A DNA stretch of 12,420 bases from Candidatus Hermodarchaeota archaeon (lineage in GTDB: Archaea > Asgardarchaeota > Lokiarchaeia > Sigyniarchaeales > SOKP01). Positions within the stretch are counted from its first letter, which is position 1. The number at the start of each line of letters is the position of its first letter. Positions 1-7,942 of the stretch are shown piece after piece. The stretch spans positions 1 to 12,420 of the forward strand of contig JBHLLG010000081.1 in NCBI GenBank assembly GCA_048885925.1, in the 5' to 3' direction. The notes under the pieces were generated by a model that searched no databases, was not told the DNA's origin, and saw only the letters and a list, made by a program, of their open reading frames with translations. Position numbers and translations under genes: made by a program.

Positions 1-74
1 ATATAAGTTTTTAGGTGAATTAATTAAATTTTTTAATTTGACCTTCTTATATTATACATTCACATTTATGCTAG

Positions 75-3000
75 ATGGTTTTCGTGGAAGTTTTGGATAA
101 AAAGCTGAATTTATTAGCATTGGAAGAAAACATACTGCAATTCTGGAAAGATAACAACATATATACATTAATAAAGAAAAAGGAAGAAGGAAAAAAAACC
201 TGGAGATTTATTGATGGACCTCCCTATACAACGGGCTCAATTCATATAGGGACAGCATGGAATAAAATTTTAAAGGATTACTCAATAAAGTACAAACGGA
301 TGAGAGGTTTTAAGGTAACTGATACACCCGGTTATGATACTCATGGATTGCCAATTGAGGTTCAAATGGAGAAGGAATTAGGCATTAAAAATAAACAAGA
401 AATTCAAGATTACGGAGTAGACAATTTCATTAAGAATTGTAAGGAGTATGCTAAAAAAAATCTAAAAATAATGAATGAACAATTTAAGAGATTAGGGTGT
501 TATTTCTGGGACTGGGATAATCCTTATATCACTTTCAAAAATAGCTACATAGAAGGGATTTGGTGGACATTAAAAAAAGCCTGGGAAAATGGTTTATTAT
601 ATCAATTTTATCGACCATTAAACTGCTGCCCTAGATGTGCTACAGCTTTAGCTAAACATGAACATGATTATAAAAATATTCTAGATACCAGTTTATTTCT
701 AAAAATAAAATCCGTTGACATGGAAAATACATATTTCATAATTTGGACAACTACACCTTGGACATTAGTAGCTAATGAAGCTATTATGGCAAATCCATTT
801 GCTGATTATGCTAAAGTGCACATTATAGATCTTGATGAATATTGGATTCTATCAAAAGTCTCAATAACTCACCTCATTTCAGGAGAATTAGGATACAAAT
901 ATAAGATTGTTAAAGATTACAAAGGTGAAGATCTTAAAGGTATGAAATATATTCATCCATTATTGGAAGAAGTACCATATCAAAAAGAATTAGAAAATTT
1001 AAGCGACAATGTCCATTCTATTATATTATCTGAAGAATATGTATCAGCTTCGGAAGGTGTAGGCTTAGTTCATTCTGCCCCAGGACATGGTCCTGAAGAT
1101 TTTGAAGTTGGTGTCGCAAATAATATTCCTGTATTTACTCCTGTAAATATAAGAGGAGAGTATACTAAGGAAGGAGGCAAATTTAAAGGAAGGTTTGTTT
1201 TTGATACCAATGAAGAAATATTAGATTTATTAAAACAAAAGGGTACTTTAATATTAACTAATGAAATAGAACATGAATATGCTCACTGTTGGAGATGTGA
1301 TTCAAAATTAGTTTATCGAGCTACTAATCAATGGTTCTTTAAAACAGAGAGTTTAATTCCTGAACTACTAGAAAAAAACGATGAAGTTTATTGGATTCCT
1401 GATTGGGCAGGAAATAGATGGTTCAGGAGTTGGTTATCTACTCTGAAGGATTGGTGTATTTCAAGACAACGTTTTTGGGGTATTCCTTTAAGTGTATGGA
1501 TATGCGATAATGAAGATTGTAAAGATATAACTGTAATAGGTTCTGCAAAAGAGTTAAAGGAAATAGCTGGGGAATGTCCCGAAGATTTACATCGTCCTTG
1601 GATTGATAAAGTTACTTGGAAATGCAAAAAGTGTAAACAGGGAATAAAAAAGAGAATTCACGACATTTTAGATGTTTGGCTAGACTCTGGTTCGGTAATG
1701 TGGGCTGCTCAGGAAGTATATGATGGTAATAGTCATTTTGATACATGGATTCCTGCTGATTTTATACTTGAAGGTAAGGATCAAATAAGGGGATGGTTTA
1801 ATACTCTACTATGTAGTGCGATGGTATCATCTAGGCGTAAAAATTATGACGCTTGTTATATGCACGGCTGGACTTTAAGAGAAAAATTAAAAATGAGTAA
1901 ATCCAAAGGGACTCAAATTTTACCTGAACATCTTATTGAAGGTACTTTAGATGAACTAAAAAAGAATAAGTCATACTCAAATATTAAGGGAATTGAAACT
2001 TTTCGTTTCTATTCAATAGGAGTAACGCAACCCGGGAGAGATTTCAATTTTGTAGTAAAAGAATATGCTGATACGTATAAAATCATTAATACCATTTGGA
2101 ATGTTTATGTATATGCTAATGAAAAATTTAAATTAGCCAAATTTGATCCATCTAAGATAAAAATAGATTATAAATCTCTTAGTAAATTAGATAAATGGAT
2201 ACTTTCAAAAGTAAATTCAACAATTAAAAAAGTCACCGAATTAGCTGATAAATATGAACTTCCATGGATTACAAGTGAAATAAGAGATTTGATTGTAAAT
2301 GATATAAGTAGATGGTATATAATGCTAAATCGTGAAAAGCTTGATATCTATTCTGAAGATCCTAATAAATTATTAATAATGGCACTTCTCTATCGCGAAT
2401 TATTTAAAGTCTTATTGTTATTAGCACCTATTAACCCAATGATAAGTGAACATATTTTTCTTAAAATGTACAAATCACATTTAAAATCAATTGGTTTAGA
2501 AGAAACGGATAGTATTCATTTACAAGATTGGCCTAAGTTTAATGAAAGAGAGATAGATTTGGAATTAGAAGAACAAATGCATTTTACTCGTGAATTAATA
2601 GAAATCATAAGAGCAATAAAGGATGAGAATAAAATCAGATTACGATGGCCAAACAAAAAAATAATTATAGAAGTAAAGGATGGTATGCCAAAAATAGAAT
2701 TTCCTGAGATTATTAAACAAGTAGGTAATGTCAAAGAATTAGAAATAGTAAAATCATTAAAACCATCGAAATCTTTAATTAAATCGGAATCTAAATTTTG
2801 TAATGTATATTTAGATCCTTCCATTGATGATGATCTATTATCTGAACGTATTATAAATGATTTAATAAGAAATATTCAATTTATACGTAAAAAGAATGGA
2901 TTTAAAGTTGGAGAAAAAATATTACTGAAGATTGGAACTAATACACAGTATTTATATGATTTTCTTGTTAAAAATCAAAGTACTATTTCAGATAAAATTA

Positions 3001-3221
3001 ATGTAGAAAACCTTGAAATTATTTATGGAGATTTAACAGAAGAAAAAGGTAGAATTTATGGAGCTTTAAATATCTGCCCAAATAAAGAATGCTCTGCATC
3101 ATTAAAAGATAATATTATTTCAAAATTTAAGAAGAAAACTGAATTACAATGTCCATATTGTAATTCCAAAATAAGTCAAAATACTATGAAATTTATAAAA
3201 TTTAATTTTAAACGTAAATAA
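75..3221 (+). CDS. ileS: Isoleucine--tRNA ligase (archaeal-type IleRS)
   Basis: 1048 aa. Has FIDGPPY, the class I HIGH-equivalent HIGT (243-254), GYDTHGLPIE, editing-domain IWTTTPWTL and GVGLVHSAPGHG, DWCISRQRFWG, EGKDQIRGWF and KMSKS (1890-1904). Internal Zn motifs are CPRC, CWRC, CDNEDC and CKKC. Confidence 0.97.
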   Translation: MVFVEVLDKKLNLLALEENILQFWKDNNIYTLIKKKEEGKKTWRFIDGPPYTTGSIHIGTAWNKILKDYSIKYKRMRGFKVTDTPGYDTHGLPIEVQMEKELGIKNKQEIQDYGVDNFIKNCKEYAKKNLKIMNEQFKRLGCYFWDWDNPYITFKNSYIEGIWWTLKKAWENGLLYQFYRPLNCCPRCATALAKHEHDYKNILDTSLFLKIKSVDMENTYFIIWTTTPWTLVANEAIMANPFADYAKVHIIDLDEYWILSKVSITHLISGELGYKYKIVKDYKGEDLKGMKYIHPLLEEVPYQKELENLSDNVHSIILSEEYVSASEGVGLVHSAPGHGPEDFEVGVANNIPVFTPVNIRGEYTKEGGKFKGRFVFDTNEEILDLLKQKGTLILTNEIEHEYAHCWRCDSKLVYRATNQWFFKTESLIPELLEKNDEVYWIPDWAGNRWFRSWLSTLKDWCISRQRFWGIPLSVWICDNEDCKDITVIGSAKELKEIAGECPEDLHRPWIDKVTWKCKKCKQGIKKRIHDILDVWLDSGSVMWAAQEVYDGNSHFDTWIPADFILEGKDQIRGWFNTLLCSAMVSSRRKNYDACYMHGWTLREKLKMSKSKGTQILPEHLIEGTLDELKKNKSYSNIKGIETFRFYSIGVTQPGRDFNFVVKEYADTYKIINTIWNVYVYANEKFKLAKFDPSKIKIDYKSLSKLDKWILSKVNSTIKKVTELADKYELPWITSEIRDLIVNDISRWYIMLNREKLDIYSEDPNKLLIMALLYRELFKVLLLLAPINPMISEHIFLKMYKSHLKSIGLEETDSIHLQDWPKFNEREIDLELEEQMHFTRELIEIIRAIKDENKIRLRWPNKKIIIEVKDGMPKIEFPEIIKQVGNVKELEIVKSLKPSKSLIKSESKFCNVYLDPSIDDDLLSERIINDLIRNIQFIRKKNGFKVGEKILLKIGTNTQYLYDFLVKNQSTISDKINVENLEIIYGDLTEEKGRIYGALNICPNKECSASLKDNIISKFKKKTELQCPYCNSKISQNTMKFIKFNFKRK

Positions 3222-3252
3222 CTTTTTTATTGAATCAGTTTAAAAAGATATA
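3222..3252. terminator. Possible bidirectional oligo-T terminator between convergent genes
   Basis: T6 (3223-3228) lies just after the ileS stop, and A5 (3242-3246, T5 on the minus strand) lies after the SDR stop. There is no GC hairpin. Weak signal in an AT-rich background. Confidence 0.3.
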
Positions 3253-4296
3253 TTAAATTCCATATTTCTTATAAAAATCTGACCAATAATCGAACATATC
3301 CTTAAGAGTTTCTTCAATTGGAATTGAAACCTCCCACCCTAATTCATTTTTTATTTTTGAATTATCTCCAAGTATGATATCTTCATCAGTTTTTCTTAAT
3401 TTTTGAGGTATATTTTCTCTTATTTCTATGTTTTTTGATGAAAAGCTTAAAGCAATATTTAAAATTTGGCGAATTTGAATCTTTCTACCAGAGCAAACAT
3501 TATAAGTTTCTCCTGGTTTTCCATTTATTGCTGCTAACCAGATTGCCTTAAGTGAATCTTTTATTCCAGTAAAATCACGATAAGGATTTAGATTTCCCAC
3601 CTCAATGATTGGCTCTGACAAACCTAATTCAATTTTAGCTATTTTACTAATAAAATCTGCAGTTGCATCTCCTTTTCTTCTAGGACCAGTTTGATTAAAA
3701 AACCTGAGATTGATAATTTCAATTCCAAAATTAATATAGTATTGTCGTGCAAGTAACTCTGTAGCTATTTTACTAATTCCATAAGGATGTATCGCCAATA
3801 ACGGGTCAGTTTCTTTTAATGGCCTATTAATTGAGGTTGTTGTACCATATTCTGCACTGGTGCAAGCAACGATAACTCTTGTTTTTAATCTATGTTTTTT
3901 AACTGGTTCAAAAATATTAATTGTCCCTATAACGTTTGTTTTTATGGTTGTAATAGGGTCTTTCCATGATGGTAGAACAAGTGGTTGGGCACCAAAATGA
4001 AAAATATATTTTGGATTAATTTTTATAATTATATTTTCCAATAAACTAGCATTTTCCAAATCACACTCTAAAAATACAAAATTTTCATTAGTAGTGGGAA
4101 TCTGAACAAAAGTATTAAAAACTTTTAGTTTCTCTTCAAAAGTGAAAACAAGTTTTCCATCAGTATAATGATTTAAATTTTGTAAAGGGCGATCAGGGAG
4201 ATCAATACCATATACCTTTTTACCTTCCTTAATACAAAAATCAACCAAGTGTGATCCTAGAAAACCATTTGCTCCGGTAATAAGTATTTTTTCCAT
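3253..4296 (-). CDS. Extended SDR of the GDP-mannose 4,6-dehydratase/Rmd/WcbK(DmhA)-like family; probable GDP-sugar (possibly GDP-heptose) modifying enzyme
   Basis: 347 aa. Has ITGANGFLGSH (GxxGxxG), NVIGT, ACTSAEYG, YGISK (YxxxK), FNQTGPRR, VGNLNPYRDF and GETYNVCSG, typical of GDP-sugar SDRs. Confidence 0.8.
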   Translation of the reverse strand: MEKILITGANGFLGSHLVDFCIKEGKKVYGIDLPDRPLQNLNHYTDGKLVFTFEEKLKVFNTFVQIPTTNENFVFLECDLENASLLENIIIKINPKYIFHFGAQPLVLPSWKDPITTIKTNVIGTINIFEPVKKHRLKTRVIVACTSAEYGTTTSINRPLKETDPLLAIHPYGISKIATELLARQYYINFGIEIINLRFFNQTGPRRKGDATADFISKIAKIELGLSEPIIEVGNLNPYRDFTGIKDSLKAIWLAAINGKPGETYNVCSGRKIQIRQILNIALSFSSKNIEIRENIPQKLRKTDEDIILGDNSKIKNELGWEVSIPIEETLKDMFDYWSDFYKKYGI

Positions 4297-4328
4297 CTAA
4301 AACTCAAATCTATTAATTTTAATATAAT

Positions 4329-5462
4329 TTATTTTAATAACCCTTTTTCTATTAATTTTTGTATAGCTTTCTGAGAAGGTTTTTGAACATTGTTTTTTTG
4401 ACTCTTGATCCAATCAATTAAATCATCTATCCCTTCTTTAAAAGTTAAATTTGGTGCATACCCTAGTTTATTTTTTATTTTTGAAATGTCTGCTACGCAG
4501 TGTCTTATGTCACCAACCCTGTATTGGTGATTATAAATTGGTTTTAAATCAGGATTGATTTTTTTAGTAATTATTTCTGCTACTTCTTTTATTGTTATTG
4601 GTTTTCCGTTACCAACATTAAAAATCTCGCCATTAGCAGCACTCTTTTTCATAGCAAGAAGTAAAGCTTGACAAACATCTTTAACATTAACAAAATCTCT
4701 TGATTGGTTTCCATCTTCAAAAATTATTGGAGGTTTTCCATAAAGTGCTCTAATACTAAATATTGCACATACACCTGTGTAAGGATTTGATAAAGCTTGC
4801 CTTGTACCATAAACTAAAAAAAATCGCAATATACTTGTTTTTATCCCATAAGTATCGCATATCATTAAACTCATTTTTTCTTGAGCTTCTTTAGAAAAAG
4901 CATAAACAGAACTCGGATTATAAGGGGAATCTTCATCTGATAAAAGAGGTTTAATTTTTGATCCACATTTTGGACAATTTAATTCCCAATCTTTACGTTT
5001 CAACTGCTCTAATGATCTTAACTTAGGGAAGACGACCCCGCATTTGTTACATTTAGATTTTCCCTCTCCATAAATAGTATTGGATGAAGCAATAATCACT
5101 TTTTCTATATTATGTTTACCATTAACTAATATATCAAGTAAATTCGCTAAACCAAGTATATTATTATCTATATATTTTTGTATTTGATACATTGACTGAC
5201 CAACACCAACTTTTGCCGCCAAATGAAATATTATATCATTTTCCATTACAATATTTTCTAATTTTTTATAATCGTTAACAGATTCCTTAAAAAATTTCAC
5301 TTTTTTATTTAAATAATCTGGAGGATGATCGATTTTTCCATGAACTTGTTCTTCTAAGATATCAAGTATGGTTATTTCATACCCTTTTTGATCGATTAAT
5401 GTATCAGCCAGATGTGAACCAATAAAACCTGCTCCACCGGTAATTAATATTTTTTTAGACAT
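4329..5462 (-). CDS. NAD-dependent nucleotide-sugar epimerase/dehydratase (extended SDR) with a CxxC...CxxC insertion
   Basis: 377 aa. Has ITGGAGFIGSH, FHLAAKVG, ASS, YAFSK (YxxxK), DGNQSRDFVNV, FNVGNG and RVGDIRHC. The insert runs from CNKC (aa138-141) to CPKC (aa163-166). Confidence 0.85.
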   Translation of the reverse strand: MSKKILITGGAGFIGSHLADTLIDQKGYEITILDILEEQVHGKIDHPPDYLNKKVKFFKESVNDYKKLENIVMENDIIFHLAAKVGVGQSMYQIQKYIDNNILGLANLLDILVNGKHNIEKVIIASSNTIYGEGKSKCNKCGVVFPKLRSLEQLKRKDWELNCPKCGSKIKPLLSDEDSPYNPSSVYAFSKEAQEKMSLMICDTYGIKTSILRFFLVYGTRQALSNPYTGVCAIFSIRALYGKPPIIFEDGNQSRDFVNVKDVCQALLLAMKKSAANGEIFNVGNGKPITIKEVAEIITKKINPDLKPIYNHQYRVGDIRHCVADISKIKNKLGYAPNLTFKEGIDDLIDWIKSQKNNVQKPSQKAIQKLIEKGLLK

Positions 5463-5567
5463 TGAATTTATTAAAACTAATTTTAGTTATTTCTATTGTT
5501 CAATTGCATCAATATAAATTAAAGATTATGACAAACTAATAAAAATAATCGTTTTGTAAGTTAAATA

Positions 5568-5596
5568 TTAAAATTTCTAAAATTGAGAAAATTTAA
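5568..5596. repeat. Imperfect inverted repeat (29 bp)
   Basis: TTAAAATTTCTAAAATTGAGAAAATTTAA; 12 of 14 symmetric positions are complementary around A5582. Confidence 0.5.
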
Positions 5597-5616
5597 AATG
5601 AATCTTTCAAATAATA

Positions 5617-5654
5617 ATCAAATTTTTTAATGATTTATCATGAACAAATTTGAT
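5617..5654. repeat. Imperfect palindrome (38 bp), candidate operator or hairpin
   Basis: ATCAAATTTTTTAATGAT-TT-ATCATGAACAAATTTGAT; 16 of 18 arm positions are complementary. It extends to 5612-5658 with one bulge and ends 32 bp before the hddA ATG. Confidence 0.7.
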
Positions 5655-5686
5655 ATTACAGTACTTTAACAATAACAGTTATAAAA

Positions 5687-6697
5687 ATGATAATTCGTTC
5701 AAAAGCCCCATTTCGAGTAAGCTTTGGCGGAGGAGGAACAGATATGCCTCCCTATTGTCTTGAACATGGCGGATGTGTTATAAGTACAACGATTGATCGT
5801 CATATCTATATAACTTTAAAGCCAAGGGATGACAAAAAAATACATGTTTTTTCAATTAATTTTAACAAAGAGCTTATTTTTGATATTGGAGATAAAGATT
5901 ATTCTACTGATTTTGAATTAATCAAGGGAATTATTAATGTTTTAAATGTAAAAGAGGGATTTGACATTAATATCTATTCAGAACTTCCTGCTGGTTCAGG
6001 AATGGGCGGATCATCTTCTTTATCTGTGGCATTAATAGGAGCTTTAAATAAATACTATCAATTAGGATTATCTAAACACGAAATAGCACAAAAAGCATGT
6101 GATATTGAACGTATTGAATTAAAACAAAAGGGAGGATATCAAGATCAATTTGCAGCTGCTTATGGGGGTTTTAATTTTATAGAATTTTCTAATATTGTTA
6201 AGGTATCTCCTATAAATGCTAGTGAAGAAATGATAAATGAACTCCAATTTAGCTTAATTTTATGTTATATTGGAGGATCCCATTTTTCTTCAGATATACA
6301 AGATGAAGTGTTAAAAAGTTATAAATTTGAAAAAAAATCTTATATGGAAGCGATGCAAGATTTAAAAGATGTAGCCAATACTATGAGAAGTATTGTAGAA
6401 TCTAATAATTTAAAACAGATAAATGAATTTGGCAAACTGTTACACAAGGGATGGTTAGCAAAAAAAAGTTTAAGCAATAGAATTTCTAATCAAAAAATTG
6501 AGAATTTTTATTTAACTTCAATGAGGTTGGGAGTTCTTGGAGGAAAATTACTAGGTGCTGGAGGTGGTGGACACTTATTACTTTTTTCAGATTCTATGAA
6601 GAAATTTACAATAATTAAAGAATTAGAAAAAATTGGTGGAAAAATTGTTAATTTTCATTTTAATCCAAGAGGTCTTGAAGTTTGGACGATTAAATAG
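5687..6697 (+). CDS. hddA: GHMP-family kinase, D-glycero-alpha-D-manno-heptose-7-phosphate kinase
   Basis: 336 aa. Has APFRVSFGGGGTD, the GHMP ATP loop PAGSGMGGSS, GGYQDQFAAAYGGFN and GGKLLGAGGGG. Adjacent to gmhA and near gmhB. Confidence 0.88.
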   Translation: MIIRSKAPFRVSFGGGGTDMPPYCLEHGGCVISTTIDRHIYITLKPRDDKKIHVFSINFNKELIFDIGDKDYSTDFELIKGIINVLNVKEGFDINIYSELPAGSGMGGSSSLSVALIGALNKYYQLGLSKHEIAQKACDIERIELKQKGGYQDQFAAAYGGFNFIEFSNIVKVSPINASEEMINELQFSLILCYIGGSHFSSDIQDEVLKSYKFEKKSYMEAMQDLKDVANTMRSIVESNNLKQINEFGKLLHKGWLAKKSLSNRISNQKIENFYLTSMRLGVLGGKLLGAGGGGHLLLFSDSMKKFTIIKELEKIGGKIVNFHFNPRGLEVWTIK

Positions 6698-6729
6698 AAT
6701 TAAAATAAAATGATAAGAGGAAGAATGAT

Positions 6730-7296
6730 TTGGAAAATGAAATAATATCAATTCTGGATGAAAATATTAAAGTAAAAGAAGCTTTAAAAGGATTAACCCC
6801 TACAATTATGAAAATCGCTGAATGTATCATAAATGCTTATAAAAATAAAAGAAAAGTCGTTCTTTTTGGTAATGGTGGAAGTGCTGCTGATGCTCAACAT
6901 ATAGCAGCCGAATTTGTAGGAAAATTCTATAAAGACCGTGATTCACTTCCTTCTCTTGCTTTTCATACCAATACTTCTGTTCTCACAGCAACAGCTAATG
7001 ATTATGGATATGATTTAGTGTTTGAAAGACAAGTATCCTCTTTTGTGGAGAAAGGAGATGTTGCTATTGGTATTAGCACTTCTGGAAATTCAACTAATGT
7101 AATAAAAGGTTTAAAAAAAGCAAAAGAGAAAGGGGCTATAACAGTAGGATTTACTGGTCAAAAAAAAAATATAATTGAGGAAATTTCAGATATTTGTCTG
7201 AAAGTACCTTCTTCTGATACACCAAGAATACAGGAAGGACATATAACCGTAGGGCATATTATATGCTATTTAGTTGAAAAAGAACTTTTTGGGTAA
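6730..7296 (+). CDS. gmhA: Sedoheptulose-7-phosphate isomerase (phosphoheptose isomerase)
   Basis: 188 aa SIS domain with GNGGSAADAQHIAAEF, TATANDYGY, GISTSGNS and TPRIQEGH. TTG start preceded by a purine-rich GAGG (6717-6720). Confidence 0.95.
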   Translation: MENEIISILDENIKVKEALKGLTPTIMKIAECIINAYKNKRKVVLFGNGGSAADAQHIAAEFVGKFYKDRDSLPSLAFHTNTSVLTATANDYGYDLVFERQVSSFVEKGDVAIGISTSGNSTNVIKGLKKAKEKGAITVGFTGQKKNIIEEISDICLKVPSSDTPRIQEGHITVGHIICYLVEKELFG

Positions 7297-7306
7297 TTCA
7301 TACGTC

Positions 7307-7942
7307 ATGAAAAAAGTAGCAATTTCTATTCAGGCGATAGAAAACTTCATACCTGAAATAATTGAAAATATAAAAGGATATGATTATATCCACGTTGACA
7401 TTATGGATGGTAAATTTGTAAATAATAAATATAATAATCTTAATGTTCTTCAAATGTTAAAAGAAAAATATGAAATTCCTATAATTGCCCATTTAATGGT
7501 AACTAATCCAATTAATTATGTTAGTAGGATAATTGATAATATTGATATCTTTTTATTCCATTTTGAGATTAAATATGATAAAAATAAACTAATAAAAACA
7601 ATTAGAGCGAATAATAAAAAGGTTGGTATAGCTATAAATCCCGAAACGGAGATATTTGAAATTATACAATATTTAGATAAAATTGATCTTGTTTTAGTAA
7701 TGAGTGTAAATCCTGGATGGTCAGGTCAGAAATTTATACCAAAAATACTAACAAAAGTAGAAAATTTAGCAGAATATAAAAAAAAATACAATTTTCTTAT
7801 TGATGTTGATGGTGGGATAAATTTAATAAACGCAAAGCAGTTATTAAATGCTGATATATTAACTAGTTCTAGTACAATCTTGAAAGCGAAGGATCCTAAT
7901 AAAATAATTAAATTATTGAAAGAATCATTTGATTATGAATAA
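7307..7942 (+). CDS. rpe: Ribulose-phosphate 3-epimerase (divergent)
   Basis: Has HVDIMDG, HLMV, INPET, VMSVNPGWSGQKF and VDGGIN, so the metal ligands His/Asp/His/Asp are present. The start was moved from TTG 7274 to the in-frame ATG 7307 (211 aa), which removes the overlap with gmhA. Confidence 0.88.
   Translation: MKKVAISIQAIENFIPEIIENIKGYDYIHVDIMDGKFVNNKYNNLNVLQMLKEKYEIPIIAHLMVTNPINYVSRIIDNIDIFLFHFEIKYDKNKLIKTIRANNKKVGIAINPETEIFEIIQYLDKIDLVLVMSVNPGWSGQKFIPKILTKVENLAEYKKKYNFLIDVDGGINLINAKQLLNADILTSSSTILKAKDPNKIIKLLKESFDYE

Larger units (their letters stand above)
5463..5686. promoter_or_regulatory. Divergent promoter region for the SDR pair (-) and the heptose/PPP cluster (+)
   Basis: The only long intergenic gap (224 bp), lying between head-to-head start codons and extremely AT-rich. 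Exact TATA/BRE elements cannot be assigned. Confidence 0.6.

Noticed and set aside
47-54. TTATATTA as an archaeal TATA box about 25 bp before the ileS ATG
   Set aside because: The spacing fits a leaderless transcript, but no purine-rich BRE precedes it and such words are common at this AT content.
243-254. HIGT instead of HIGH in IleRS as a defect or resistance allele
   Set aside because: HxGT-AWNK is a normal archaeal IleRS variant, useful only as a taxonomic hint.
1388-2824. Minus-strand ORFs 1388-1627 and 2516-2824
   Set aside because: Both lie wholly antisense to ileS and have no recognisable motifs; shadow ORFs.
6710-6745. 11-codon out-of-frame ORF (MIRGRMIWKMK) overlapping the gmhA TTG start
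   Set aside because: Too short to support. GmhA is full length from TTG 6730, so no frameshift or leader peptide is needed.
7274-7306. TTG-started N-terminal extension of rpe (likewise TTG 7929 for gmhB and GTG 8513 for tal)
   Set aside because: Downstream in-frame ATGs at 7307, 7935 and 8522 match family N-termini better.
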